Source: Candidatus Kaiserbacteria bacterium
Lineage (GTDB): Bacteria > Patescibacteriota > Minisyncoccia > Phycocordibacterales > Phycocordibacteraceae
Direction: 5' to 3'
Assembly: GCA_963699165.1 (NCBI GenBank)
Contig: OY969413.1
Span: 404,562 to 468,561, forward strand
DNA: 64,000 bases
The first letter of the stretch is position 1, and every line of letters begins with the position of its first letter. Below the pieces are notes generated by a model, which was not told the origin of the DNA, did no database searches, and saw only the letters and a list, made by a program, of their open reading frames with translations. The position numbers were made by a program, and so were the translations under genes. This document shows, piece by piece, positions 1-8,907 of the stretch.

Positions 1-114
1 CAGATGAAGCGGCGAGACGTGATTTTGTCCGCGCTCAATCGCAAGTTCGTGCGCGCGCCGCACGGCTTCTTTTGCTTTGGTGGTGAAATTGTTAAAAGGA
101 GGCATATAGGGATA

Positions 115-888
115 TTACTTGGCGGAAGCGCTCGAGGTTGCGGTCGTTGTGGTTGCCGTCAAAAGGTCGGTGATAACGTTTGCGCCGATTAAAAGACCCG
201 CCTGGCCGCCCGCGCTGATGCCGATGAGATTGCCCGAAAGGTCGACCGCCGCGCTTCCGGTGCCTATATCGGGAAGCGTGGTGTACACGCCCTTGCTGCT
301 CACGCGCGACACAATACCGGTTGCCGCGGAGCCGTCCACACCGAGCGCGAGAACCGTCTCGCCCAATTTCAAACTGCCGTCATCAAGCAATACCGGCGAA
401 GAAATTTTCGGCAATGCCGTGGCGTCCGCAAAACCGTACACCGTTATACCATTTCCTTCATGTGAAATTGATGCGGGAATGTGGGAACCGTCGGGAAATT
501 CGATAATCGCTTCTTTCGGCAGCGCATCTTGGGACGCGGTTGCGACCGCGCGCGACTTTGAAAGATAGGTGCCGTACGAAACCGCCGGTGTCGTCGTACC
601 GTCTTTTTCGGAGTAAATGGCAACCATGCGCGCCTCGTCGGCGCTGATTGCCGCCGTCACCAAATCCTGATTCGATGGCGCAGGCGACTGAATAATGGGA
701 GCCGGGACCGCAGAGGCGACGGTCTCGATTGTGTGCTCGACGACGCGGTTGACGGTTTGCGTCACAACCGCCGGAGCATGGTCAAGCAGCGACACCGTTA
801 AAATCGCGGTGGCGATGGACGTCACGAAGTTAACGAGAATCGTAAGCAGTATCAGTTGGGATTTTGAGAGTCCTTCAATATCATTCAT
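115..888 (-). CDS. Membrane-anchored trypsin-like (HtrA/S1C-related) protein, probably catalytically degenerate
   Basis: N-terminal TM helix; C-terminal LKLGETVLALG...ATGIVS...GSAAVDLSGNLIGI resembles the S1C fold but lacks GNSGG. Confidence 0.55.
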   Translation of the reverse strand: MNDIEGLSKSQLILLTILVNFVTSIATAILTVSLLDHAPAVVTQTVNRVVEHTIETVASAVPAPIIQSPAPSNQDLVTAAISADEARMVAIYSEKDGTTTPAVSYGTYLSKSRAVATASQDALPKEAIIEFPDGSHIPASISHEGNGITVYGFADATALPKISSPVLLDDGSLKLGETVLALGVDGSAATGIVSRVSSKGVYTTLPDIGTGSAAVDLSGNLIGISAGGQAGLLIGANVITDLLTATTTTATSSASAK

Positions 889-900
889 ATGTCTATGATG

Positions 901-2034
901 CTACCTGTTGCCGGGTGTGTCAATGAATGCAATCGCCCGTATAATTGCTTCGGCAAGGCGAACAAACATTTGATGAGAACGATTCTCGCTTCGCCACGAA
1001 ATCCGCAGCGTTGAGCGCGCTTTTACTGCGTCCCCAGTGAGTGCAAACACGGCGCGCGAACCGTCCACCGAGTCGGTTTCGCACGCGCTTCGCGTCGCCA
1101 CCGCAAAACCGGCTTCGTCGAGAAGCGCGACTAAATAATCGGTGTCGCGGCCGGGAAGCGATACATTCAAAATATTCGGCGCCTGCGAGCGGCCTTCCTG
1201 AATATGCGCGTTCGGAATATTTTTCAATTCATCGACGAGGTACGCGCGTTCGCGCAATGCGGATGCCGCAAAGGCCTCGCGGTTATGCACGCATTCGGAC
1301 AGCGCGCGCGCGAAAGCGCGCGCGAGTTCGGGCGCTTCGCTTCCCGGTCGAAGTCCGCGCTCCTGTCCTCCGCCCGCATACAATGGTGCAAGCGGTATCG
1401 TGCGATGAGCGATTAACGCCCCGATGCCGCGAACCGCGCCGACCTTTGAGGCGTCAAACGTGACCATGTCCGCATCAAAATGCGCGCGCGTAATTTTTTC
1501 CGTAAGCGGCGCCTGGCTGGCGTCGACATGCAGGAGGATGCGCGCGCCACCTGCGGTGGCGCGCGCATTCCGCAGCGTGTGCGCCACCTCATGTGTATTC
1601 CACACCACACCCGTTTCGCCGCAAACCGCTTCCATTGCGACGAGCACGGTTTCATTCCGAATCAATTTCGCAAGCGCATCGGTGTGGACGCGATAATCCT
1701 TGACGGGAAGCGGCTCGACCGCAACACCTTCATCGGCGAGCAACTTCGCATTTTCGACCAGAGACGCGTGCGCTGTCGGGAGATACAGCATATGCAAATC
1801 GTTTCTGCCGTTTTTTTTGAGCGCCCGAACATGTCCGAGAATCGCGAGTGCATTGCTCTCGGTTGCTCCGCTCGTAAATAGCACATCGTCGGACTGCACT
1901 TCAACGAGCCGTGCAATAGCTGTCCGCGCGTCCTCAAGCATTGTCTTTGCGCGCCGACCCTCCTCGTGCGGCGATGAAGGATTTCCGCTTATGCCCGCGG
2001 CGGCATCAAGATAATTTCGTTTCTTCGAGAACAT
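901..2034 (-). CDS. iscS: Cysteine desulfurase (class V PLP aminotransferase, IscS/NifS-like)
   Basis: YLDAAA, GNPSS, FTSGATESN, HVDASQ, PLP lysine in DASKV, GGGQERGLRPGS, catalytic SAC; start reassigned to MFSKKR at 2034. Confidence 0.85.
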   Translation of the reverse strand: MFSKKRNYLDAAAGISGNPSSPHEEGRRAKTMLEDARTAIARLVEVQSDDVLFTSGATESNALAILGHVRALKKNGRNDLHMLYLPTAHASLVENAKLLADEGVAVEPLPVKDYRVHTDALAKLIRNETVLVAMEAVCGETGVVWNTHEVAHTLRNARATAGGARILLHVDASQAPLTEKITRAHFDADMVTFDASKVGAVRGIGALIAHRTIPLAPLYAGGGQERGLRPGSEAPELARAFARALSECVHNREAFAASALRERAYLVDELKNIPNAHIQEGRSQAPNILNVSLPGRDTDYLVALLDEAGFAVATRSACETDSVDGSRAVFALTGDAVKARSTLRISWRSENRSHQMFVRLAEAIIRAIAFIDTPGNR

Positions 2035-2153
2035 CTCTGCAATTCTACACGAAACCGAATGCGCCCGCTTAACAAAACAGACGTCTTCGCATACCATTCG
2101 CTTCGGAACGTTTGCATTTGCAAAACGTAAAAGCGCCCTGAAAGGACTACTGC

Positions 2154-2426
2154 ATGACCGACAATGTAATCTACACAATGCTTGTTGTCTCGTTGGTGAC
2201 ATGGTTCGCTTGCTGGATTCTGGGCGTATTTATATTCCCAAGGGGAAACAACGTCGGCGAAAATTTATTCATTGCCTCCGCCTGCGCAGCAACGTTGGCG
2301 GGATGCATCACAATTCTTTTTCGAAATGAAGGATTGTCCGCAGGCGACATCGTCTTTCGATTCATTCTGGATGTTGTCATGATTTTATTCCCGCTGTACT
2401 TATCGAAGCCGCGCACTGTGACTTGA
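2154..2426 (+). CDS. Small membrane protein (3 TM), unknown function
   Basis: 90-aa hydrophobic ORF with AAGGA upstream. Confidence 0.55.
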   Translation: MTDNVIYTMLVVSLVTWFACWILGVFIFPRGNNVGENLFIASACAATLAGCITILFRNEGLSAGDIVFRFILDVVMILFPLYLSKPRTVT

Positions 2427-2451
2427 CAATGATGCATGAATGGTGTACTAT
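2423..2451 (+). promoter_or_regulatory. Sigma70-type promoter
   Basis: TTGACA-17 nt-TACTAT. Confidence 0.6.
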
Positions 2452-2516
2452 CGCTTGCAGTTAACGCCGACATAGCCGTGTCGGCGAGTTCCCCCAACGT
2501 GGAGAAAGGTCTTTGA

Positions 2517-2741
2517 ATGTTCGGTATCGCCGTGCTCGCCACGGTGATCCTGCTCGCCGCCTGGATGTCGGGCGACAAGCGGCTTCACTGGATTGGCGGA
2601 TCCACAGCCGCCTTAATGGTGGCAACAGCTACCGGCTTGGCCGGCGGTTCCGTTGCCGCGACGCCGCTCGAAATGGGCGGCACGTTCCTGGCGCTGACGG
2701 CCGCATTGGCCGTGTCCTGCAGTCCTCGGCGGGCGGAGTAG
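2517..2741 (+). CDS. Small membrane protein, unknown function
   Basis: 74-aa hydrophobic ORF downstream of promoter and GGAGAAAGG. Confidence 0.5.
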   Translation: MFGIAVLATVILLAAWMSGDKRLHWIGGSTAALMVATATGLAGGSVAATPLEMGGTFLALTAALAVSCSPRRAE

Positions 2742-2853
2742 ACGTGTTTACTTTGTCGCGCGCATCGCCGTCAACCTCCGGTTGGCGGCGATTTCCATTT
2801 ATGGGGAGGTCGTGATTGCGAATAAGCCATTTTTGTGATGAAATGGAGGCATT

Positions 2854-4320
2854 ATGGCACGGGAAGCTCGACCACCCGTCATCGCGGTGATGGGCCACAT
2901 AGACCACGGCAAATCGTCCCTCTTGGATTACATCCGGAAGGCCAATATTGTCGCGGGAGAAGCCGGCGGCATCACCCAGCACGTTGCCGCATATATTGCC
3001 GTGCACAACGGCCGCTCGATGACGTTTCTCGACACACCGGGACACGAAGCATTTAAAGCATTGCGGCAGCGCGGCGCACTCGCGGCCGATATCGCGATTC
3101 TTGTCGTCGCGGCCGACGAAGGCGTGATGCCGCAGACACTCGACGCTCTTGCCGCGATACGGGAGTCCGGCATTCCGTTTATCGTCGCCATCACGAAGAT
3201 TGATAAAAACAACGCGGACATCGAGCATGCAAAAAATTCCCTGCTAGAGCACGAAGTGTTTATCGAGGGCATGGGCGGCGACGTCGCCTACGCGCTTATT
3301 TCTTCAAAAACCGGCGAAGGCATTCCCGATTTGCTCGACCTTGTCTTGCTCACGGCCGACATCGGCGATATCACGGCCGACCCGGAAGCAACCGCAAGCG
3401 GCTTCGTTCTCGAGTCGACGCAGGACCCTAAGCATGGCGTCTCGGCGACGCTCATCATCAAAGACGGCACGCTCACGCAAGGCGGTTTCGTGGTCGCCGG
3501 CGATGCGTTTGCGCCGATTCGTTTTATCGAGGATTTCCGCGGCAAGCGCATCGAACAAGCCGGACCGTCTGCGCCGGTGCGTATTTCCGGATTTAATAAA
3601 TTGCCGGCTGCCGGTTCCCTTTTCAGCATCGCGGCGAATAAAAAAGAGGCCGAAGCGTTTGCCGTTGCGCACGCAAGGTCATCGGCGACTCCCGAGCGCA
3701 GCGCACTCGCGGAAGGCATCGCCGAACTTCCCATCATCATCAAAGCGGATGTCGCCGGTTCAATCGATGCAATCGCGCACGAACTCAAAAAGAGCACTCA
3801 TGAACGCGCCGTGATTCGCGTCGTTGCGACCGGCGTCGGCAGCGTTTCGGAGACCGATGTAAAAACGGCGCACGCGTCGAATGCGGTCATCATCGCGTTC
3901 AATGTTTCGACCGATTCGATTGCGAACGAGCTTGCGCTTCGCGACAACATTCAGATTCTGTCCTTCTCGATAATTTACGAACTTGCCGATGCAGTGAAAG
4001 AACTGTTTGCCGAGCGCGTGCCGTCAATCGAAGTGGAAAAAGAAACCGGCCGCGCGATGGTGCTCAAAGCATTTTCGTCGACCGCCAAAAAGCAGGTGCT
4101 CGGCGCGCGGTACGTGTCCGGCACGCTTGCGGTCGGCAACCGCGTCAAATTGCTCCGCAAAGACGTCGAAGTATCGCGCGGCAGCATCGTCAATCTGCAG
4201 CAGGCGCGCGCCGATGTGAAAGAGATTAAAACCGATGGGGATTTCGGTACGGAAATCGAGGCGCGCGAGCAAGCGATTTACGGCGATGAAATCGTCGCGT
4301 TTGTCGTACTGAAAACATGA
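2854..4320 (+). CDS. infB: Translation initiation factor IF-2 (short form lacking N-terminal domain)
   Basis: RPPVIAVMGHIDHGKSSLLD, GGITQH, DTPGHEAF, KID, IKADVAGS. Confidence 0.97.
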   Translation: MAREARPPVIAVMGHIDHGKSSLLDYIRKANIVAGEAGGITQHVAAYIAVHNGRSMTFLDTPGHEAFKALRQRGALAADIAILVVAADEGVMPQTLDALAAIRESGIPFIVAITKIDKNNADIEHAKNSLLEHEVFIEGMGGDVAYALISSKTGEGIPDLLDLVLLTADIGDITADPEATASGFVLESTQDPKHGVSATLIIKDGTLTQGGFVVAGDAFAPIRFIEDFRGKRIEQAGPSAPVRISGFNKLPAAGSLFSIAANKKEAEAFAVAHARSSATPERSALAEGIAELPIIIKADVAGSIDAIAHELKKSTHERAVIRVVATGVGSVSETDVKTAHASNAVIIAFNVSTDSIANELALRDNIQILSFSIIYELADAVKELFAERVPSIEVEKETGRAMVLKAFSSTAKKQVLGARYVSGTLAVGNRVKLLRKDVEVSRGSIVNLQQARADVKEIKTDGDFGTEIEAREQAIYGDEIVAFVVLKT

Positions 4321-4637
4321 GCGCGCCCGGAGCAAGCAGAAAAAACGACCGCGCGGCGGAAATCGTCGCTCGCGAAGCCGCGCTGTTTATTGCGCGCGAA
4401 GCCGGAACCGAATCGCTCATCACGGTTGTCCGCACCGAGAGCCGTGCGCACGGCGAGCACATTCTGGTATTTGTGAGCGTCTTCCCCATCGAGAAAGCGC
4501 GCGCGGCCGTTGCGTTTCTCGAACATCACCGCCATGAATTTTCCGACTATCTAAAAAGCCGCGTGCATATGCGAATCCCTCGCGTCGATTTTCTGCTTGA
4601 TAACGGCGAATCGGTAGGCGAAACGCCGAAAAGTTAG
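4317..4637 (+). CDS. rbfA: Ribosome-binding factor A
   Basis: Overlaps infB stop (ATGA), 106 aa, LITV...VFVSV...RIPRVDFLLD pattern. Confidence 0.8.
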   Translation: MSAPGASRKNDRAAEIVAREAALFIAREAGTESLITVVRTESRAHGEHILVFVSVFPIEKARAAVAFLEHHRHEFSDYLKSRVHMRIPRVDFLLDNGESVGETPKS

Positions 4638-4651
4638 TAATATAGGAAAAC

Positions 4652-4723
4652 GGCCCGGTGGTGAAGTGGTAACACAGGGGACTGCAAATCCTCGATGCGC
4701 GGGTTCAATTCCCGCCCGGGCCT
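4652..4723 (+). tRNA. tRNA-Cys(GCA)
   Basis: Acceptor GGCCCGG/CCGGGCC, anticodon loop CTGCAAA, T-arm GCGGG-TTCAATT-CCCGC; CCA not encoded. Confidence 0.95.
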
Positions 4724-4877
4724 CATGACATACGCGAAGCGGATGGCGGCGGGAATTGAATGCCGTAGCGATGTTCGGTGAGCTGACCGAACCGCGAGGC
4801 GGGGCCGAGAAAATGCTCGAGCGGCGGCGGGAGCATTATTCGTGGCCAATCCCGCCCGGGCCTCATGACATACGCGA
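4710..4877 (+). repeat. 28-bp direct duplication of tRNA-Cys 3' end (4710-4737, 4850-4877) with inverted T-arm copy at 4748-4760
   Basis: TCCCGCCCGGGCCTCATGACATACGCGA occurs twice; GGCGGGAATTGAA is the reverse complement of 4704-4716. Confidence 0.9.
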
Positions 4878-4942
4878 GGCAGATGGTTGTCCGCATGTAT
4901 GCGGTTTAAAAATGGTAGACGCAAATATGGTATAGTGACTCT

Positions 4943-5485
4943 GTGAGGACCATATCGAAACATTGGGAGGAAAAGTCCTTGCGGAAGACCATTGCTTCAT
5001 CGCAAAGTGTTCGTGAAGCCTTGCGGAAAATGGGGTTGCGCGGGGCGGGAGGAAACTACCGCTACTTTGAAATGTTTGTTGAAAAGTATCATATCGATAC
5101 CGGCCATTTCCTAGGAAAGGGTTGGAGCAAAAACAAAAGCATTTCGAAAGAACCTGTTCGCAGTCTTGAGGAAATACTTGTTCCAAACAGTTATTTTTCG
5201 ATTCACCAACTGAAGAAAAGACTGTTCAAGGCCGGGCTTAAAATTCCAAAATGCGAGGAGTGCGGTTGGGCGAAAAGGAGTGCGGACGGCCGAATCCCCA
5301 TCGAGATTGATCATGTGAATGGAGATCATTCGGATAATCGAATCGAGAATCTTCGCATACTTTGCCCCAACTGTCACAGTATGAAGCCCACTCATCGTGG
5401 TAAAAATAAAAAAGCTCGCCAAGGTGGCGGAATGGTAGACGCACCGCTCTTAAAATGCGGAGAGGAAATAAAAACCCTCATGTGA
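4943..5485 (+). CDS. HNH endonuclease with Zn-binding CxxC pairs, overlapping tRNA-Leu
   Basis: CEECG...IEIDHVNGDHSDNRIENLRILCPNCHS; GTG start; more AT-rich than neighbours. Confidence 0.88.
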   Translation: MRTISKHWEEKSLRKTIASSQSVREALRKMGLRGAGGNYRYFEMFVEKYHIDTGHFLGKGWSKNKSISKEPVRSLEEILVPNSYFSIHQLKKRLFKAGLKIPKCEECGWAKRSADGRIPIEIDHVNGDHSDNRIENLRILCPNCHSMKPTHRGKNKKARQGGGMVDAPLLKCGEEIKTLM

Positions 5486-5506
5486 GTTCAAGTCTCACCC
5501 TTGGTA
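5418..5506 (+). tRNA. tRNA-Leu(TAA)
   Basis: GCCAAGG/CCTTGGT acceptor, GGAATGGTAGACGC D-arm, loop CTTAAAA, long variable arm, GTGAG-TTCAAGT-CTCAC. Confidence 0.9.
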
Positions 5507-5511
5507 CTGAA

Positions 5512-6330
5512 ATGGTTAATAAGCGCATCGGCATTTTTGATTCCGGCTTCGGCGGGCTGCATGTCATGCGCGCCATCGTTCGCGCACTTCCGCAGTATGA
5601 CTACGTCTATTTGGGCGATGCGGCGCGTGCTCCTTACGGCGACCGGCAGCAAAAGGAGATTTACAAGTTCACAAAACAGGCAGTCGAATTTCTTTTCGCG
5701 CACGATTGCGAGCTTGTCATTCTTGCGTGCAATACCGCGTCAAGCGAAGCGCTGCGCAATATTCAGAAATTATTCGTGCCAAAGTACGCGCCAGAAAAGA
5801 AAGTACTTGGCGTGCTCATCCCCGCAGCAGAAGAGGCATCACGGCGAAGCCGTGGAAAACAAATCGGTGTGCTCGCGACGCGCGGAACGGTTGAATCGCA
5901 ATCGTTTGTGCGCGAACTCGCGAAGCTCGACCCTGATATTCGAGTTTTCCAAAAGGAGTGTCCTCTATTGGTGCCGCTCATCGAAGCCGGCAAACAGAAC
6001 TCACCGAAAACCCGAGCCGTGCTTGAAAGGTATCTCCATCCGCTTCTGCGGAAAAATATTGACACGCTCATCCTCGGTTGTACGCATTACGGGATTTTGG
6101 AGAAGCAAATCAGAAACATTATCGGACGGGACATCGTCATCATTTCCGAAGCGCGCGCCGTGCCGAAAAAACTGAAAGCGTATTTGGAAAAGCATTCCGA
6201 TATCGAAGCTAAACTTTCGAAAAAAGGAACGGTGCACTTTTTTTCTACCGGCGATACTGGGACATTCGCGTTCATCGGCCGCAAATTTTTCGGAATGAAA
6301 ATCCAGGTAGAAAAAGCGTCACTTCGATAA
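5512..6330 (+). CDS. murI: Glutamate racemase
   Basis: IGIFDSGFGG, PYG, ACNTAS, LILGCTHY. Confidence 0.97.
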   Translation: MVNKRIGIFDSGFGGLHVMRAIVRALPQYDYVYLGDAARAPYGDRQQKEIYKFTKQAVEFLFAHDCELVILACNTASSEALRNIQKLFVPKYAPEKKVLGVLIPAAEEASRRSRGKQIGVLATRGTVESQSFVRELAKLDPDIRVFQKECPLLVPLIEAGKQNSPKTRAVLERYLHPLLRKNIDTLILGCTHYGILEKQIRNIIGRDIVIISEARAVPKKLKAYLEKHSDIEAKLSKKGTVHFFSTGDTGTFAFIGRKFFGMKIQVEKASLR

Positions 6331-6333
6331 GTT

Positions 6334-6533
6334 GTGCCGGGAAGAGGACTCGCCTCTCATTTGGCAAAATGATCTACTGGGTCGCGCTGCTACACTCGAG
6401 ACCTACGGCACCTCGTCGGTGCCGGCGGCCCGCGGTTCGAGTCCTCCTCCACCATGCACATATGCTTACTCGGAAAAGACCGGGCGAGTTATCCGATTTT
6501 TCCTGTCCCGGTGCTGGGAAGAGGACTCGAACC
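6334..6533 (-). repeat. Direct duplication of tRNA-Leu(TAG) 3' end (6334-6352 vs 6511-6529) with inverted T-arm copy at 6434-6446
   Basis: GTGCCGGGAAGAGGACTCG vs GTGCTGGGAAGAGGACTCG (18/19); GGTTCGAGTCCTC is the reverse complement of 6521-6533. Confidence 0.85.
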
Positions 6534-6593
6534 TCCATGGGTTGCCCCGTCTGCTCCTAAGGCAGGTGCGTCTACCAATTTCGCCATCCCAGC
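6512..6593 (-). tRNA. tRNA-Leu(TAG)
   Basis: Reverse complement GCTGGGATGGCGAAATTGGTAGACGC...CTTAGGA...GGAGGTTCGAGTCCTCTTCCCAGCA. Confidence 0.95.
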
Positions 6594-6713
6594 GCTTTGA
6601 AACTATACTATCATTTGCTATATTCTAATAATGCGCCTGTATCTTCGCGGATTCGATACAAGCGCTCGTTCGGCGAACAAGAATCCGAGGACGCGTTCTT
6701 GTTTCCTCACTTC

Positions 6714-6786
6714 GCGCCTGTAGCTCAGTTGGTAGAGCAGCTCCCTCTTAAGGAGACGGTCCCTGGTTCGAGCCCAGGTAGGCGCA
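6714..6786 (+). tRNA. tRNA-Lys(CTT)
   Basis: GCGCCTG/TAGGCGC acceptor, TAGCTCAGTTGGTAGAGC, loop CTCTTAA, CCTGG-TTCGAGC-CCAGG. Confidence 0.95.
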
Positions 6787-6799
6787 CAAAAACGGCGGC

Positions 6800-6829
6800 T
6801 TGACAGGCACGCTATAATATGTATATAAT
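6800..6829 (+). promoter_or_regulatory. Consensus sigma70 promoter
   Basis: TTGACA-18 nt-TATAAT; AAGGAG SD before ATG 6859. Confidence 0.75.
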
Positions 6830-6858
6830 GCATTCGGACTGATGAAAGGAGTTCACAT

Positions 6859-7779
6859 ATGGCAGGCACGCCCCCACCGACACCGCCGGCCGGAACGCCG
6901 CCGACACACCCCGGCATTGGGGTCCTTGAACGCCGTCTCGGAGTCAAGATGCCCGATTTTTTGTATCGCGCGTCTTCGTCGAAAGTCGGGTGTTTCTTGC
7001 TGTGGGCATTTTTTGCAATAGAGCTGTTTTACGTTGTGCAAGACATCGCCGGCGTAATCGGCAGAACATTGCATCACATCCGCAACCCAGGCGCGACCCC
7101 GGAAGCGCACGAGGCCCACGGACGGCTGTGGAAGATTTCGTCGTGGGTCGTGGTCGGGGCCGCAATCTTTGCGTGGTTGATGCTGCGACCAGCGCTCGAC
7201 GCGCATCCCTCTGGCGGGACGGTCGCAAATTGGTACGCGACCAACCCGCTCGTCGTTTCGCTTTTTTTCTTGCCGTTACTAGCAACAATGCTGCTAACGA
7301 CACGGAAGCTGTGGACCTCCGTTGGAGTGGCAGCATTGTTTACACTCCTGCCACTGCTGTTCGCCTTAATCGCGGCGCCGTTTGCTCCGGAGAGAGCGCC
7401 GAGTCCGGAGACCACAACTGCGCCGACCGATCATGCCAACGCGGCCCCATTTGCTCCGGAGAGAGCGCCGAGCCCGGAGACCACAGCTGCGCCGACCGAT
7501 CATGCCAGCAGTGCCAAAAAAACTTGCACCATCGCGACCCCGTGTACCGTAGATGTACCGGTTACCGGGGAGTCGAAACCCATCGTTCCCGTACCGGTCG
7601 GTTACCATCCATACTATCTGGCTCCAGCATCGAGCTACATGGAGCACAGAACGTATGATAAGGAGTCAGGCATGCCGGACTGCAAGGGAACGTGTCCTCC
7701 GGGTCCAGGGGGACAGACAACCTTGTTAAACAAGACAGCAGAGCCCCTGAAAATGGGGTACTACTTCTTGCCGAACTAA
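6859..7779 (+). CDS. Hypothetical multi-TM protein with Pro/Thr-rich repeat linker and C-terminal extracytoplasmic domain
   Basis: 306-aa ORF with promoter, SD and downstream terminator; about 4 hydrophobic segments. Confidence 0.7.
   Translation: MAGTPPPTPPAGTPPTHPGIGVLERRLGVKMPDFLYRASSSKVGCFLLWAFFAIELFYVVQDIAGVIGRTLHHIRNPGATPEAHEAHGRLWKISSWVVVGAAIFAWLMLRPALDAHPSGGTVANWYATNPLVVSLFFLPLLATMLLTTRKLWTSVGVAALFTLLPLLFALIAAPFAPERAPSPETTTAPTDHANAAPFAPERAPSPETTAAPTDHASSAKKTCTIATPCTVDVPVTGESKPIVPVPVGYHPYYLAPASSYMEHRTYDKESGMPDCKGTCPPGPGGQTTLLNKTAEPLKMGYYFLPN
7372..7509 (+). repeat. 69-bp tandem duplication (AAPFAPERAPSPETTxAPTDHAx x2)
   Basis: 7372-7440 and 7441-7509 nearly identical. Confidence 0.9.
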
Positions 7780-7785
7780 TCTTTC

Positions 7786-7826
7786 TTGAGCCGGGGCGCG
7801 TGAACACCGCTCCGGCTCAATTTTTT
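7786..7826. terminator. Intrinsic terminator hairpin between convergent genes
   Basis: TTGAGCCGGGGCG...CGCTCCGGCTCAA followed by T-tract. Confidence 0.7.
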
Positions 7827-7857
7827 AGTACAGCCTGCGCATGTATCTGTTTCTTGG

Positions 7858-8133
7858 CTACTGTGAATTCGAGAGCGGAGCAATCGGCGGTAAACCGAAT
7901 GAATTGAGCGCGACGTTAATGATGCCGTACGCGCCGAAGATGATGACCAATCCGACAAGTCCCCACAAGATTGCCGAGCGGCCCTCGAGGCGACCTTTTT
8001 CATCGCCCGATTTGCGAATGAATTCAAACACGCCCCAAATGAAGACCACGAAAGCGACCGCGGACAGGAGCAGGATAATCGGGTCGATAACCTGCGTCAC
8101 TACTTTCGCGAGAAACGCTCTTAGAACGGTCAT
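7858..8133 (-). CDS. Small pilin-like (TrbC/VirB2-type CPR pilin) membrane protein 6
   Basis: IIxLLxAVAFVVFIWG...GRSAILWGLVGLVIIFGAYGIIN two-TM motif shared with neighbours. Confidence 0.75.
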   Translation of the reverse strand: MTVLRAFLAKVVTQVIDPIILLLSAVAFVVFIWGVFEFIRKSGDEKGRLEGRSAILWGLVGLVIIFGAYGIINVALNSFGLPPIAPLSNSQ

Positions 8134-8510
8134 TAGCTGCCGACCTGAACGCCCGCCTTCGGCAGACCGGTTGACGGCCCAGTATTATTCCCGAAAGAAA
8201 TAGTGCCCGTGAGAATGTTCACGAGACCCCAGATGGAGACCATGACGAAGAACCCGATAAGGCCCCAGAGCATGAGATTCTTCCCCTCCTCGCGCTTATC
8301 TTCTTTGCCGGCTCCCAAAATGAACGTCACGAAGACGCCCCAAAGGAAGACAATGAACGCAATCGCAAAGATAACCGGAACGATTATGTTATTGATGGTA
8401 TTGATAATGAACGAGCCGACATCGGACACGTTGTTAATCTGGGCAAACGAGACGAGCGGCAATGCAAACAACGCGAGCGTACCTGAAGTAAGAGCAAGTG
8501 CTTTTTTCAT
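8133..8510 (-). CDS. Pilin-like membrane protein 5 with signal peptide
   Basis: MKKALAL...SFAQ signal; IVPVIFAIAFIVFLWG...EGKNLMLWGLIGFFVMVSIWGLVN. Confidence 0.8.
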   Translation of the reverse strand: MKKALALTSGTLALFALPLVSFAQINNVSDVGSFIINTINNIIVPVIFAIAFIVFLWGVFVTFILGAGKEDKREEGKNLMLWGLIGFFVMVSIWGLVNILTGTISFGNNTGPSTGLPKAGVQVGS

Positions 8511-8591
8511 AATGAAGATAAGTGGGTAACGGGATAATTGTAACGTCTTTGAAACGTCGGTCAATACACCGACGCACAATATGTGGATATG

Positions 8592-8894
8592 CTACAAAGT
8601 CGGCGGCTTTGGAGCGGTGGTGTTGGCGCTTGATGGAATCAGCGTGCTTTGAGCCATGTTCACCAACCCCCATACGGAAATCATGATAACAAAACCGATT
8701 ATGCCCCAGAGAGCGAATTGATGTCCTTCTTTTCTTTTCGACTCGTCGCCGCCCGAGAAAATATAGGCGCGAGCGATTCCGAACAAAAACATGAGGAATG
8801 CAATCGCGATTATGAGCGGAACAAGGTATGAATTGATGATTGTGATAACGCCGGAAGGACCGGTCGTATAGGATTGAATGAAAGAGAGGTTCAT
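8592..8894 (-). CDS. Pilin-like membrane protein 4
   Basis: LVPLIIAIAFLMFLFG...EGHQFALWGIIGFVIMISVWGLVN; start MNLSF. Confidence 0.8.
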   Translation of the reverse strand: MNLSFIQSYTTGPSGVITIINSYLVPLIIAIAFLMFLFGIARAYIFSGGDESKRKEGHQFALWGIIGFVIMISVWGLVNMAQSTLIPSSANTTAPKPPTL

Positions 8895-8907
8895 GGGGAT
8901 TGAAATG

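Noticed and set aside
4724-5417. Group I intron carrying the HNH gene
   Set aside because: Both flanking tRNAs are complete and uninterrupted, and no intron core is recognisable
6421-6454. Additional plus-strand tRNA ending GGTTCGAGTCCTCCTCCACCA
   Set aside because: No D-arm, anticodon arm or acceptor pairing; explained as an inverted copy of the tRNA-Leu(TAG) T-arm
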